Below, piece after piece: positions 26,846 to 36,098 of a DNA stretch of 45,377 bases. The stretch's first letter is position 1. Each line of letters begins with the position of its first letter. The notes below the pieces were generated by a model, which was not told the origin of the DNA, ran no database searches, and saw only the letters and a list, made by a program, of their open reading frames with translations. Position numbers and translations under genes: made by a program. Source of the DNA: Candidatus Cloacimonadota bacterium (GTDB lineage: Bacteria > Cloacimonadota > Cloacimonadia > Cloacimonadales > TCS61); the NCBI GenBank assembly GCA_016935235.1, contig JAFGRJ010000124.1, forward strand, positions 1-45,377, written 5' to 3'.

Positions 26846-27835
26846 CTATCTCATCTCAATAGCAGCCTTGGGACATACCTGATAACAGATTTCGCAACCG
26901 ACGCATTTGTCCAGATCGATCTTATGGATCTTCTTGGCTTCTCCGCTGATCGCTTGCACAGGGCATTTCTTAGCGCATACGGTGCAACCGATGCATTTGT
27001 CTTCCAGAATGACTGCTTTTTTGCGTTTTCCCGCCAGGGGATCGATTATTGCCAGGGTGGGACATACGGTTGCGCAGAGTCCGCAACTTACACACTTCTG
27101 ATAATCAATCACTGCCAGGTCCTCCACCATGCTGATCGCCTCAACAGGGCATTTCTTGACGCAAAGCCCGCAGCCTATGCAGGCGGTATTATTACCACAC
27201 CTTTTCCTGGCTTCAGCTCCCTTGTCGTGAGATGTGCAGAGTATGTGTACCTTTTTAGCATATGGCACCAGCTCGATCAGATGACGGGGGCAGGCTTTCA
27301 CACAGGCACCGCAGGCTGTGCATTTCTGGGGATCAATGATTCTCATGCCATTTTTATCCAGATGGATTGCATCGAATTTACAGGCATCGATACAGTCATT
27401 CTGAAACAGACAACCCCAGCTGCAGAGATTGGGACCTTCGGAAACCAGAACAGCTGCCTTGCAGGTTGGGATTCCCTGATAATGGTAGCGAAAGTATGTA
27501 TTGTTGTATCCACCACTCTGGCAGTGAATAACAGCCACCTTCTTCTCCATGCTGGCAGCCTTTATGCCCATGATGGCAGCTATCTGCTTCACTGCTTTTT
27601 CCCCGCCGGGAGCACATTTATTGATCTCTTCGCCCTTACCGGCAATCGCTTCCGCGTAAGCAAAGCAACCGGGGTGACCACAGGCACCACAATTAGCTCC
27701 TGGTAGGATTTCATTGATAAGTTCTATCTTGGGATCGACCTCAACATGGAACTTCCGGGAAGCAAAAGCTAATCCCAGTCCGTAAAATAAACCCAGCACA
27801 CCAAGAGTGGCGATCGCATAAAGTATGATTGTCAT
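26846..27835 (-). CDS. rnfB: Rnf complex subunit B (polyferredoxin type)
   Basis: N-terminal TM, LPGANCGACGHPGC, then six ferredoxin-type Cys motifs. Confidence 0.95.
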   Translation of the reverse strand: MTIILYAIATLGVLGLFYGLGLAFASRKFHVEVDPKIELINEILPGANCGACGHPGCFAYAEAIAGKGEEINKCAPGGEKAVKQIAAIMGIKAASMEKKVAVIHCQSGGYNNTYFRYHYQGIPTCKAAVLVSEGPNLCSWGCLFQNDCIDACKFDAIHLDKNGMRIIDPQKCTACGACVKACPRHLIELVPYAKKVHILCTSHDKGAEARKRCGNNTACIGCGLCVKKCPVEAISMVEDLAVIDYQKCVSCGLCATVCPTLAIIDPLAGKRKKAVILEDKCIGCTVCAKKCPVQAISGEAKKIHKIDLDKCVGCEICYQVCPKAAIEMR

Positions 27836-27844
27836 GGTAACTCC

Positions 27845-28432
27845 CTAAAACTTTAAACCAGCAAATCCCTGAAAGGCGAGAGCCATGCAGCCGGCAATGA
27901 TCATGGCTATGGGTAGCCCCTTCATGGCTTTGGGCATTTCGGCTTTGTCGAGTTTTTCTCTTATACCAGCCATCAGAATTAATACCAGGGTGAACCCGAG
28001 TCCGGCAAAGAAACCATTCAGGATTGCTTCGATGAAGTTGAGCTTTTCATTTATATTCAGAAGGGCGACCCCCAGGACGGCGCAGTTGGTAGTGATCAGG
28101 GGCAGATAAACACCCAGTGCCTTGTACAAAGCCGGTGCGGTTTTCTGGATGATCATTTCTACCAGTTGTACCAGGGAGGCTATGGTCAGGATGAAGGCGA
28201 TTGTCTGCAGGAATTCGATCTGCAGGGGAATCAGGAGATAAGACTGAATAAGCCAGGTAAAAGTTGATGCCATCGTCATGACAAATATGACAGCCATGCC
28301 CATGCCGAGTGCAGAATCGAGTTTTTTGGAAACTCCGATGTAAGGACACAAGCCAAGAAAACGCATGAGAACGAAATTCTTGACCAGTATGGCTGCAATA
28401 GCCAGGGAAAAAATCTTGCTCATGAATTCCAT
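27845..28432 (-). CDS. rnfA: Rnf complex subunit A
   Basis: NFVL.RFLGLCP, LGVYLPLITTNCAVLG. Confidence 0.96.
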   Translation of the reverse strand: MEFMSKIFSLAIAAILVKNFVLMRFLGLCPYIGVSKKLDSALGMGMAVIFVMTMASTFTWLIQSYLLIPLQIEFLQTIAFILTIASLVQLVEMIIQKTAPALYKALGVYLPLITTNCAVLGVALLNINEKLNFIEAILNGFFAGLGFTLVLILMAGIREKLDKAEMPKAMKGLPIAMIIAGCMALAFQGFAGLKF

Positions 28433-28446
28433 CTATCTTCTCCGCT

Positions 28447-29031
28447 TTATTTCTTCAATAATTTCATCAGACCCATCAACAGACCCATTACCAGAAAAGC
28501 ACCGGGTGATAAGATCGCCGCCAATACTGGTTTATAGCTGAGAGGGAGGACATTGTAACCGAGAAACTGCCCTGCTCCTATAATTTCTCTGATGCCGCCG
28601 ATTACAATTAGTGCCAGGGTAAAACCGAAACCCATACCAACACCGTCCGCAAGCGATTTGATCACATTATTCTTGCCGGCAAAGGCTTCCGCTCTTCCCA
28701 GTATGATGCAGTTGACCACAATGAGGGGAATGAAAAGACCCAGATTCTTATGTAACATGGGAAAATAGGCATGCATGACCAGATCCACTATGGTAACGAA
28801 GGAGGCTATGACCACGATATAGGAAGGGATGCGGATCTTGGTGGGGATGAAATTCTTGATCAATGATATTATGACATTGGAACAGACCAGAACAAAGGTG
28901 GCGGCTATTCCCATACCTATCGCATTCTGCACGGAAGTAGTTACAGCAAGGGTCGGGCATAGACCAAGAGCCATTATGAAAACCGGATTCTCTTTGATTA
29001 AACCTTTACTGAATTCTTTAATCATGCTCAT
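28447..29031 (-). CDS. rnfE: Rnf complex subunit E
   Basis: ENPVF...LGLCPTLAVTTS, IRIP, FIPLIVVNCIILGRAEAFA. Confidence 0.96.
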   Translation of the reverse strand: MSMIKEFSKGLIKENPVFIMALGLCPTLAVTTSVQNAIGMGIAATFVLVCSNVIISLIKNFIPTKIRIPSYIVVIASFVTIVDLVMHAYFPMLHKNLGLFIPLIVVNCIILGRAEAFAGKNNVIKSLADGVGMGFGFTLALIVIGGIREIIGAGQFLGYNVLPLSYKPVLAAILSPGAFLVMGLLMGLMKLLKK

Positions 29032-29594
29032 CGCTCATTCTCCTCACCTGTTTGCAGATCGGTTTCAGCTATTTTTTTCTCCATGATTTCCATACCACTC
29101 CTTATTGAACTGGCAATGGTTCTGGTTGTAATGGTCGCTCCAGTTATACTGGCAATGCTACCGCCATCCTTGTCCACCTGCATCTCTGTTTTATCCTTTC
29201 CGGAGAACTGCTCCTGGAATTCACTTTTGCTGCAATTAGCTCCCAGGCCTGGTGTTTCTTGCTGTTCGATTATTTTTATTCGGGTAATATGAAAAAGAGT
29301 GTCCAGACCCACCATGGTTTTCACTTCACTGCTGTAACCGTAAAGGGAAGCCACAAAAGTATAACCCACTATTTTGTCTCTATCCAGGGCTATGTAGGCT
29401 GTCTCGCCGTTGAGGAAAGTAAGACTGTCAAATGAGGTTGCCTGAGGAAGAACCTCTTTCCGGGCTTCTTCTTTTTCCCGACGTTTATTTTCATCAATGA
29501 TGGGTTTGGTAATGCTGTTTACATAGGCCAGAATACCACTGGAAATAACTGCTATGACCAGCAGAACAAATCCCAGTCTTATATAGTATTTCAT
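29028..29594 (-). CDS. rnfG: Rnf complex subunit G
   Basis: N-terminal TM, GYS, ETPGLG, and the FMN-attachment motif ITGATIT. Confidence 0.95.
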   Translation of the reverse strand: MKYYIRLGFVLLVIAVISSGILAYVNSITKPIIDENKRREKEEARKEVLPQATSFDSLTFLNGETAYIALDRDKIVGYTFVASLYGYSSEVKTMVGLDTLFHITRIKIIEQQETPGLGANCSKSEFQEQFSGKDKTEMQVDKDGGSIASITGATITTRTIASSIRSGMEIMEKKIAETDLQTGEENER

Positions 29595-30640
29595 TTTGCT
29601 GCCTCCCCGAAAGGTCTGGGTATGGTGTAACGATCAATCAATGGAACCGCAATGTTCATCAGCAGTATTGAATAAGATACTCCTTCCGGATAACCGCCCA
29701 CGAACCTTATGATAACCGTCAATATTCCGCAGCCGATACCAAAGATCAACCTCCCCTTTTTGGTGACAGGGGAAGTGACCATATCGGTGGCCATGAAGAA
29801 AGCTCCCAGGATCAAACCACCGGCAAAAATGTGAAAGATCGGCAGGAACAGGGAAGCGGAAAACAGCCCGTTAATACCGCCAAAAATATAGGTCAGGACG
29901 AATACGGTGGTAATGTAGCTGACAGGGATTCTCCATTCGATTATATGTTTATAGGCCAGATAAGCAGCTCCTATCAGCAGGGCGGCTGCCGATATCTCTC
30001 CCAGACAGCCTCCGATATTTCCCCAGAAAACGTTCACTATCGTATCCATATTGGCCAGCTTGTTCATTACCACTTCAGCGATGTCGGGACTTATCTGGGT
30101 TGTATCACGCAGGGCTTTTGCTACTCCCAGGGGAGTTGCCGTAGTTATAACAGCAGGTATATTGGCGGGAAGATTGGAGAGACCGTTTATTGAACCCAGA
30201 CTGGTCTTCTCCCAACCTGCGGTCATCAGTGTGGGCCAGGAGGCTACCAGAAAGGCTCTGCCCAGCAGGGCGGGATTGAAAATATTGTAACCCAATCCAC
30301 CAAAAATCTGTTTGCCTATGGCGATGGCAAAAAAGGCTCCCACGACAGGAATCCACCAGGGAGCGCCAGCATTGATGTTAAAAGCCACCAGCATACCGGT
30401 TACAACAGCACTGCCATCGGTTATTGTTATTGGCACTCTCCGTAATTTCTGGATCAGAGCTTCCGTTATAACAGCAGCAGCAGCACCATACAGGGTCAAC
30501 AGTAAGGCTCTCATACCAAAGAAATACAGAGCTGCCAGCAGTGCAGGTAACAAGGCCAGTACTACCTGCCACATCACTGTCCTTACTGAAATATGCTGCT
30601 TGATATGAGGAGCTGCCGAAACAGAATATACATTATTCAT
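29591..30640 (-). CDS. rnfD: Rnf complex subunit D
   Basis: APH, DGSAVVTG, KQIFGGLGYNIFNPA, TATPL, GCLGEIS, FMATD.VTSP, YPEG. Confidence 0.96.
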   Translation of the reverse strand: MNNVYSVSAAPHIKQHISVRTVMWQVVLALLPALLAALYFFGMRALLLTLYGAAAAVITEALIQKLRRVPITITDGSAVVTGMLVAFNINAGAPWWIPVVGAFFAIAIGKQIFGGLGYNIFNPALLGRAFLVASWPTLMTAGWEKTSLGSINGLSNLPANIPAVITTATPLGVAKALRDTTQISPDIAEVVMNKLANMDTIVNVFWGNIGGCLGEISAAALLIGAAYLAYKHIIEWRIPVSYITTVFVLTYIFGGINGLFSASLFLPIFHIFAGGLILGAFFMATDMVTSPVTKKGRLIFGIGCGILTVIIRFVGGYPEGVSYSILLMNIAVPLIDRYTIPRPFGEAAK

Positions 30641-30675
30641 TGAACCTCCGGGAATTTAAAATAAGATCTGGTTCT

Positions 30676-31998
30676 TCAACTTTTAGCCTTGATCTCGGCA
30701 ATCTTGAGCTTGCCAATGTCTATCCATTGTATAAGCTTGATCTGAGAAGGGCAGACATAAGAACAGCTGCCGCATTTCATACAATCCAGAACACCGTATC
30801 GCTCCGCTTGCGCCCAGTCGTTATAGCGCACACTGTTTGCAATGAGACTGGGAACCAGGTTCATCGGGCAGATATCCACACAACGCCCGCAACGCAAACA
30901 TGTGTGTTCTTTATCTTTTTGGGATTCTCTGTGACTTAAAATAAGAAGACCGGAGCTGCCTTTGGCCAGAGGTGTATCCAGCGTGGGAACAGCAAAGCCC
31001 ATCATAGGTCCCCCCGCCACAATTTTGCCTATTTCTTCGCTGGTGCCACCGCAGTAGGCAACAAGTTCAGAAAACAGCGTTCCCACTCGTGCCAGCAGGT
31101 TTTTGGGATTTCTCACGATCTTACCTGTTACAGTGATTATTCTTTCAATGAGTGGTTTACCAAAACGGAGTGCCTCATATATGGCATAAGCCGTGCCCAC
31201 ATTATGCACTACCACGCCCACATCCATCGGTAGTCCGCCCCGGTTGGGGACCTTTCTTCTGGTAACTGCATATATAAGCTGTTTCTCGGCTCCCTGGGGA
31301 TATTTCAATCTTAATCCGGTGACGCTGATGCTTTCCTCCGCAGCCAAGAGCTGCTGGAAAAGCTTGATGACATCGGGCTTATTAGCCTCAACGCCAATAA
31401 TACCTCTTTTTGCTCCGAGAATTTTCAGGATTATCTTCAACCCGGTGATTATTTCCTCAGGTTTCTCCAGCATGAGCCTGTAATCAGCTGTTAAATAAGG
31501 CTCACATTCTACTCCGTTCAACAGGACAGTATCAATGTTTTTTCCGGCAGGAGGGGATAGCTTTACGTGGGTGGGAAATCCGGCCCCTCCCATGCCACAG
31601 ATTCCGGCATGAGCTATTATCTTCTTCATATCATCAGAAGAAAGCTCAAAAAAGACGGGATTTTCTTTTAACTCTACCCATCTGTCCAGACCGTCACCGG
31701 TGATTTCGATCGCCTCCGACATGATACCGCTGGGATGAGGGAACTTGGCTATCTTTGTCACTTTACCGGAGATTGAGGCATGCATCGGAATGGAAACAAA
31801 TCCGCCCGGCTCCGCTATTTTCTGCCCCGTCAGCACATTATCACCGACTTGGACCAATGCTTTGGCAGGGGCACCAATGTGTTGGGAAAGGGGAATGATA
31901 ACCCTGGAGGGAAGAGGCATTTTTTCCAGGACAGATTTCCTGGAATAAGCCTTGGCATCAGGAGGGTGGATACCACCGGGAAATGTCTTTAATCCCAT
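30676..31998 (-). CDS. rnfC: Rnf complex subunit C
   Basis: TFPGGIHP, QHIGAP, GMGGAGFPT, NGVECEPYLTAD, KYPQGAEKQL, GGPMMG and two 4Fe-4S motifs. Start at ATG 31998 after GGGAG; the longer ORF-track start is rejected. Confidence 0.96.
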   Translation of the reverse strand: MGLKTFPGGIHPPDAKAYSRKSVLEKMPLPSRVIIPLSQHIGAPAKALVQVGDNVLTGQKIAEPGGFVSIPMHASISGKVTKIAKFPHPSGIMSEAIEITGDGLDRWVELKENPVFFELSSDDMKKIIAHAGICGMGGAGFPTHVKLSPPAGKNIDTVLLNGVECEPYLTADYRLMLEKPEEIITGLKIILKILGAKRGIIGVEANKPDVIKLFQQLLAAEESISVTGLRLKYPQGAEKQLIYAVTRRKVPNRGGLPMDVGVVVHNVGTAYAIYEALRFGKPLIERIITVTGKIVRNPKNLLARVGTLFSELVAYCGGTSEEIGKIVAGGPMMGFAVPTLDTPLAKGSSGLLILSHRESQKDKEHTCLRCGRCVDICPMNLVPSLIANSVRYNDWAQAERYGVLDCMKCGSCSYVCPSQIKLIQWIDIGKLKIAEIKAKS

Positions 31999-32189
31999 AT
32001 TTTCTCCCAGACTATTGAATTTTTGCTTACGTATTTTTTTTATTGGATTACTACATTTAAAAGTCATAATTTTAAAGCAAGGATTTTTTCTGTTCATAAG
32101 AAAGCGGGGATATGAATTCAGATAAATATAGACAAAAATCGTGTTATCCAACCTTATGCTCCGCAAATGGTAAGAATCTGGAATATCTG

Positions 32190-33485
32190 ATGAAATTGAA
32201 TCGCCTGGAAAAGCAAACATTTCTACTGCTACTGGGGGCAGCGATTTTTAATGGTTTTGTTACGGGTTCTTTCCAGGTGCAGGATATCATAGCCAAGAAA
32301 GCCCTCCATGCTCTTGACTGGCAGATAACCATTCTGGTCATGCTCTGGCCGGTATCCAATCTTATCTCGATCTGGTGGGGTAAATTGCTGGAACATTCTC
32401 AGAGCATATCCCGCTTTTTCATCCTCACTGCTGTGATGGGAAGGTTACCCCTGCTCCTGATGCTGTTTGTTTCCGGTTTTAATCAGTATCTGTTGATCAT
32501 GGCATTACTCTTTTCCTTCAATGCCCTGATAAGTCCGGCTCAGAATACCATCTATCAATCGAATTTTCAGAAGAAGAACAGAGGCCTCGCCTTTGGTTAT
32601 ATTGCCAGTGTAACCACCCTGATCATCCTTGTTTTCAGTTTTGTCTCGGGTCGTCTTCTGGATATGAATGAGAACTGGTTCCGCCAGATATTTGGCATAG
32701 TGGGCATTATGGGGGTAATTGGGGCTGTATTTTTCGCTGTCATCAGGATTCGCAAAACAAGGTTTCACGATAAGGCTTTTCTGTCCATCAGAGAGCTGTT
32801 TATCAGCCCGGTGCGGAGATCTTTCGAGGTATTGCATAAAAACCGCTATTTCGCTTATTTTGAGAGGAACTTCTTCATTTACGGCATAGCTTACATGATT
32901 CTGTTGCCGGCTATACCCAAATATCTGGTTGAATACCTGAAGATGGATTATTCAGAGACTTTTCTGGCTAAAGGTATCATTTCACAGGTGGGCATCCTGT
33001 TGCTTGCTCCGCTGGCCGGGAAAATCTTCGATCGGAAAAATCCCGCTTACTTCAGTTTCCTCACTTATGCCAGTTTAACCCTTTACCCAGTCTTACTGCT
33101 GCTCTCCAGTTTTTTCATCGGTTATGCAAAGGTAAACTATATTGTCTATTTTGCTTTTCTGCTCTTTGGTATTTCCATGTCAGCCATATTCATTTCCTGG
33201 AATATCAGCTCGATTTTTTTTGCCAACGAGGAAGATGTCTCCATGTACCAGGGACTGCATGTGACCCTCACAGGTTTAAGGGCTTTATTCGCGCCCTTCT
33301 TGGGATATCTGATCATGAGACTGCTGAGTGTGCAGGCGGTATTTGTCTTCGCGGCGATTCTTTTTTTGCTTGCCTCAGCTTTGAGTTATAAATTATATTT
33401 GCATATGATGTATGAAGAGATGAAATTGAACAGCAGGGAAGTAAAACATTTCATCTATCTGAGGAAGATATTTCCTTTTAACTAG
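32190..33485 (+). CDS. MFS transporter
   Basis: About 12 hydrophobic segments in two halves, with GRLLD and GKIFDR loop motifs. Start placed at ATG 32190. Confidence 0.85.
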   Translation: MKLNRLEKQTFLLLLGAAIFNGFVTGSFQVQDIIAKKALHALDWQITILVMLWPVSNLISIWWGKLLEHSQSISRFFILTAVMGRLPLLLMLFVSGFNQYLLIMALLFSFNALISPAQNTIYQSNFQKKNRGLAFGYIASVTTLIILVFSFVSGRLLDMNENWFRQIFGIVGIMGVIGAVFFAVIRIRKTRFHDKAFLSIRELFISPVRRSFEVLHKNRYFAYFERNFFIYGIAYMILLPAIPKYLVEYLKMDYSETFLAKGIISQVGILLLAPLAGKIFDRKNPAYFSFLTYASLTLYPVLLLLSSFFIGYAKVNYIVYFAFLLFGISMSAIFISWNISSIFFANEEDVSMYQGLHVTLTGLRALFAPFLGYLIMRLLSVQAVFVFAAILFLLASALSYKLYLHMMYEEMKLNSREVKHFIYLRKIFPFN

Positions 33486-33493
33486 GAGGAAAA

Positions 33494-34606
33494 TTGCGCA
33501 GAGCAGTCTTTTTTTTCCTTTTCCTTGTTTATGTACTGAGTACAGATGCTTCTTTACGGGTCGAATATAATACCAGCCTGGCTCCTGAAATTATCAATAC
33601 GGAAAAGATCGAGGGAGAGGAATATTTCAATGTTTTTGAACTTAATAAGGCCTTCAAGGCTCATATCAAAGAGGATATCCTCGATCAGCGTCTGAAAATA
33701 AACATTTATGATAACCAGCTGGTAGTATTGATAAATGCTTCCTACCTTTTCCATGGTAACAAGCTGTACAATTGCGGTCAACCGGTTTTGGCCAGACAGG
33801 GCAAGTATTACCTGCCTGTGAGTTTTCTAACCGATATCCTGCCCCTGCTTTATCCAGAGCAAATCAGTTATGACAGTAATGTTATCAGGGCAGCGACGCC
33901 TGTGGACAGCTCGATCCGTAAGATTGTCATCGATCCCGGGCATGGAGGCAAGGACCCGGGGGCGGTAGGGTTCTCCAAGGAAAATTATGAGAAGGATATC
34001 GTCCTGAGAATAGCTCTTTATCTGAAAAAACTGCTGCGGGAGAAGACTGATCTGGATGTTGTCCTTACCAGGGAAAGTGATGATTTTGTCTCGCTGCAGG
34101 AACGGACTCAACTGGCTAACAGAGCTAATGCGGACCTTTTTGTCTCTTTACATTGCAACGCCAATCTTTCCAACAAGGTGAACGGTATCGAAGTCTACTA
34201 CCTCTCTACGGCGATCACCGATGAAGACAGGGCGGCTGAAGCACTGGAAAACTCTGTTGTATACGACTTTGAGGGTGGCGAGGAAGCAGTCAAGAGATAC
34301 GATGACCTGGCTTTTATCCTGGCGGATATGGCCCAGAACGAACAACTTGTAGAAAGTTATGAACTAAGCAGTATCCTGCAGAATAACCTGGTGTCCAGTG
34401 TTGATTGCAGAAACAATGGTGTCCGCCAGGCAAACTTCTATGTTCTGCGTGGGGCTTATATGCCGGCTGTCCTGGTCGAACTGGGTTACCTCACCAATAA
34501 AGAGGAAGAGAAGAAACTGATCAATGAATCCTATCAGGATAAACTGGCACAAGCTATTTACCACGGTATAAAGAACTTTAAATATAAATTCGATCAGATT
34601 CAGTAA
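33494..34606 (+). CDS. N-acetylmuramoyl-L-alanine amidase (Amidase_3)
   Basis: Signal peptide, IDPGHGGKDPGA, EK, TR..D, SLHCNA, VLVELGY, and a regulatory-helix-like segment EALENS. TTG start after AGGAGG. Confidence 0.93.
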   Translation: MRRAVFFFLFLVYVLSTDASLRVEYNTSLAPEIINTEKIEGEEYFNVFELNKAFKAHIKEDILDQRLKINIYDNQLVVLINASYLFHGNKLYNCGQPVLARQGKYYLPVSFLTDILPLLYPEQISYDSNVIRAATPVDSSIRKIVIDPGHGGKDPGAVGFSKENYEKDIVLRIALYLKKLLREKTDLDVVLTRESDDFVSLQERTQLANRANADLFVSLHCNANLSNKVNGIEVYYLSTAITDEDRAAEALENSVVYDFEGGEEAVKRYDDLAFILADMAQNEQLVESYELSSILQNNLVSSVDCRNNGVRQANFYVLRGAYMPAVLVELGYLTNKEEEKKLINESYQDKLAQAIYHGIKNFKYKFDQIQ

Positions 34607-34623
34607 AATAATTAAATTTTTAT

Positions 34624-34652
34624 TTGACATATAATAGCCTTAACTTTTTCTG
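34624..34652 (+). promoter_or_regulatory. Putative rpsT promoter region (TTGACA immediately followed by TATAAT)
   Basis: TTGACATATAAT at 34624-34635 in an AT-rich gap. Confidence 0.4.
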
Positions 34653-34682
34653 TCGCAAAAAATTATAAAAACGGAGGTAATA

Positions 34683-34958
34683 ATGCCTACTCATAAATCC
34701 TGTGAAAAGAGATTGCGACAGGAAAAGAAAAGGGCTGCCCGTAATCACTACGTCAAGAAGACAATCAAAACACTTGCTAAAAAAATGCAGAGTAACCTGG
34801 CAATGCCAGAAAAGGAAAAGCTTCTGTCAGAGGTTTATTCACAGCTTGATAAAGCCGCCAAGAAAAAGGTCATTCACAAGCGTACGGCATCCCGGCGCAA
34901 AGCCAGGCTGGCTGCCTATTTCAATAAGATAAAAAACAGCGTTTCTGCTTCGGAATAG
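34683..34958 (+). CDS. rpsT: 30S ribosomal protein S20
   Basis: KS.EKR.RQ, LDKAAKK.VIHKRTASRRKARL. GGAGGT RBS. Confidence 0.97.
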   Translation: MPTHKSCEKRLRQEKKRAARNHYVKKTIKTLAKKMQSNLAMPEKEKLLSEVYSQLDKAAKKKVIHKRTASRRKARLAAYFNKIKNSVSASE

Positions 34959-34965
34959 ATGTAAT

Positions 34966-34995
34966 GGGCAGACGTTGATGCGTCTGCCTTTTTTT
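34966..34995 (+). terminator. Rho-independent terminator after rpsT
   Basis: GGCAGACG-TTGATG-CGTCTGCC followed by T7. Confidence 0.9.
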
Positions 34996-35011
34996 ATTTC
35001 ATGAGATTTTC

Positions 35012-36037
35012 ATGTCAAAAGAACTTTCTTTTCTCCTTTTAACAGCTCTGCTTGTTCTTGTTGTCCTTATCATCATTTTTTCCCGGCAGCGTCGGCAGAA
35101 GACCACTAAAACAGGTGTTACAGGAAGCCTTTTCTTGGGTATTACCGGGACCAGGCAGAATTTTCTGAGCAGGATTTCTGAATTACTGAATATGTTTCCC
35201 CGGATTGATGATGATGTTCTGGAGCAGCTCGAGAACACATTGATAGCAGCTGATATCGGGGTTAAAACTTCTGCCTGGATAATTGAAGTACTCAGGGAAA
35301 GAATTGCCACCAGAAAGATGGACTCGTCCCGGGAAATTCAGGCGGAACTGGAAGATATCATTCGTAATCTGCTGAAACAGGAATACTCGGATCAGGATCA
35401 TTTCACTGTAAGTGATTCCCGCCCATATGTGATTTTGTTCGCTGGTGTGAACGGTGTTGGTAAAACAACCTGTATCGGAAAACTGGCATATAACCTTAAG
35501 AATAAAGGATACAGTATCTTGTTGATTGCAGCTGATACCTTCCGGGCGGCAGCAGCCGAGCAACTGAAGATATGGGGTGAACGGGCAGGAGTACCGGTTC
35601 ATACCCAGCTGCCCGGTGCAGATCCAGCTGCCGTGGTTTATGATGGTTTGAGTTTCGCCATTGCCAGGAATGTTGATGTGGTGATGATAGACACTGCTGG
35701 CAGGCAACATACCAGGGCTAATCTTATGAATGAGTTGAACAAGATCTGCCGCACAGTGAAAAAACTGGCTCCGCAGGGTCCACAGGAAAGGCTACTGGTT
35801 ATTGATGCCACCACCGGCCAGAATGCCCTCAACCAGGCTGATTTGTTCCACAAGGCAGTTAATTTAACAGGTATTGTACTGACCAAGCTTGATGGTACGG
35901 CAAAGGGCGGTATAGTAATCGGCATCAAGCACCAGTTCAATATCCCGGTGAAATTCATCGGAGTAGGGGAGAAACAGGAAGATCTGCTTGTCTTTAACCC
36001 AGATGCCTTTGTGGATGCCATATTTAGAGAAGGATGA
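35012..36037 (+). CDS. ftsY: Signal recognition particle receptor FtsY with N-terminal TM anchor
   Basis: GVNGVGKTT, DTFRAAA, DPAAV, DTAGR, DATTGQN, TKLDGTAKGG, GVGE. Confidence 0.97.
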   Translation: MSKELSFLLLTALLVLVVLIIIFSRQRRQKTTKTGVTGSLFLGITGTRQNFLSRISELLNMFPRIDDDVLEQLENTLIAADIGVKTSAWIIEVLRERIATRKMDSSREIQAELEDIIRNLLKQEYSDQDHFTVSDSRPYVILFAGVNGVGKTTCIGKLAYNLKNKGYSILLIAADTFRAAAAEQLKIWGERAGVPVHTQLPGADPAAVVYDGLSFAIARNVDVVMIDTAGRQHTRANLMNELNKICRTVKKLAPQGPQERLLVIDATTGQNALNQADLFHKAVNLTGIVLTKLDGTAKGGIVIGIKHQFNIPVKFIGVGEKQEDLLVFNPDAFVDAIFREG

Positions 36038-36041
36038 TAAT

Positions 36042-36074
36042 AAAAAAAGGTCGGTTTTTTATTACCGACCTTTT
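36042..36074. terminator. Bidirectional terminator between convergent ftsY and PPIase genes
   Basis: AAAAGGTCGGT...ACCGACCTTTT inverted repeat with flanking A and T tracts. Confidence 0.85.
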
Positions 36075-36098
36075 CCTGTTACTTCCTGATCCAGTATT

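Noticed and set aside
26756-27706. 316-aa plus-strand ORF with apparent internal repeats
   Set aside because: Antisense shadow of rnfB. The repeats mirror the CxxCxxC codons.
32056-32076. TTTAAAA-N7-TTTTAAA dyad upstream of rnfC as a possible Rex or other operator
   Set aside because: Only A/T bases in an AT-rich gap, and it does not match the Rex consensus TTGTGAA-N4-TTCACAA.
31999-32220. 74-aa N-terminal extension of RnfC in the ORF track, and the overlapping MFS extension from 32112
   Set aside because: RnfC homology starts at MGLKTFPGG with an RBS. The region is better read as a divergent promoter gap.
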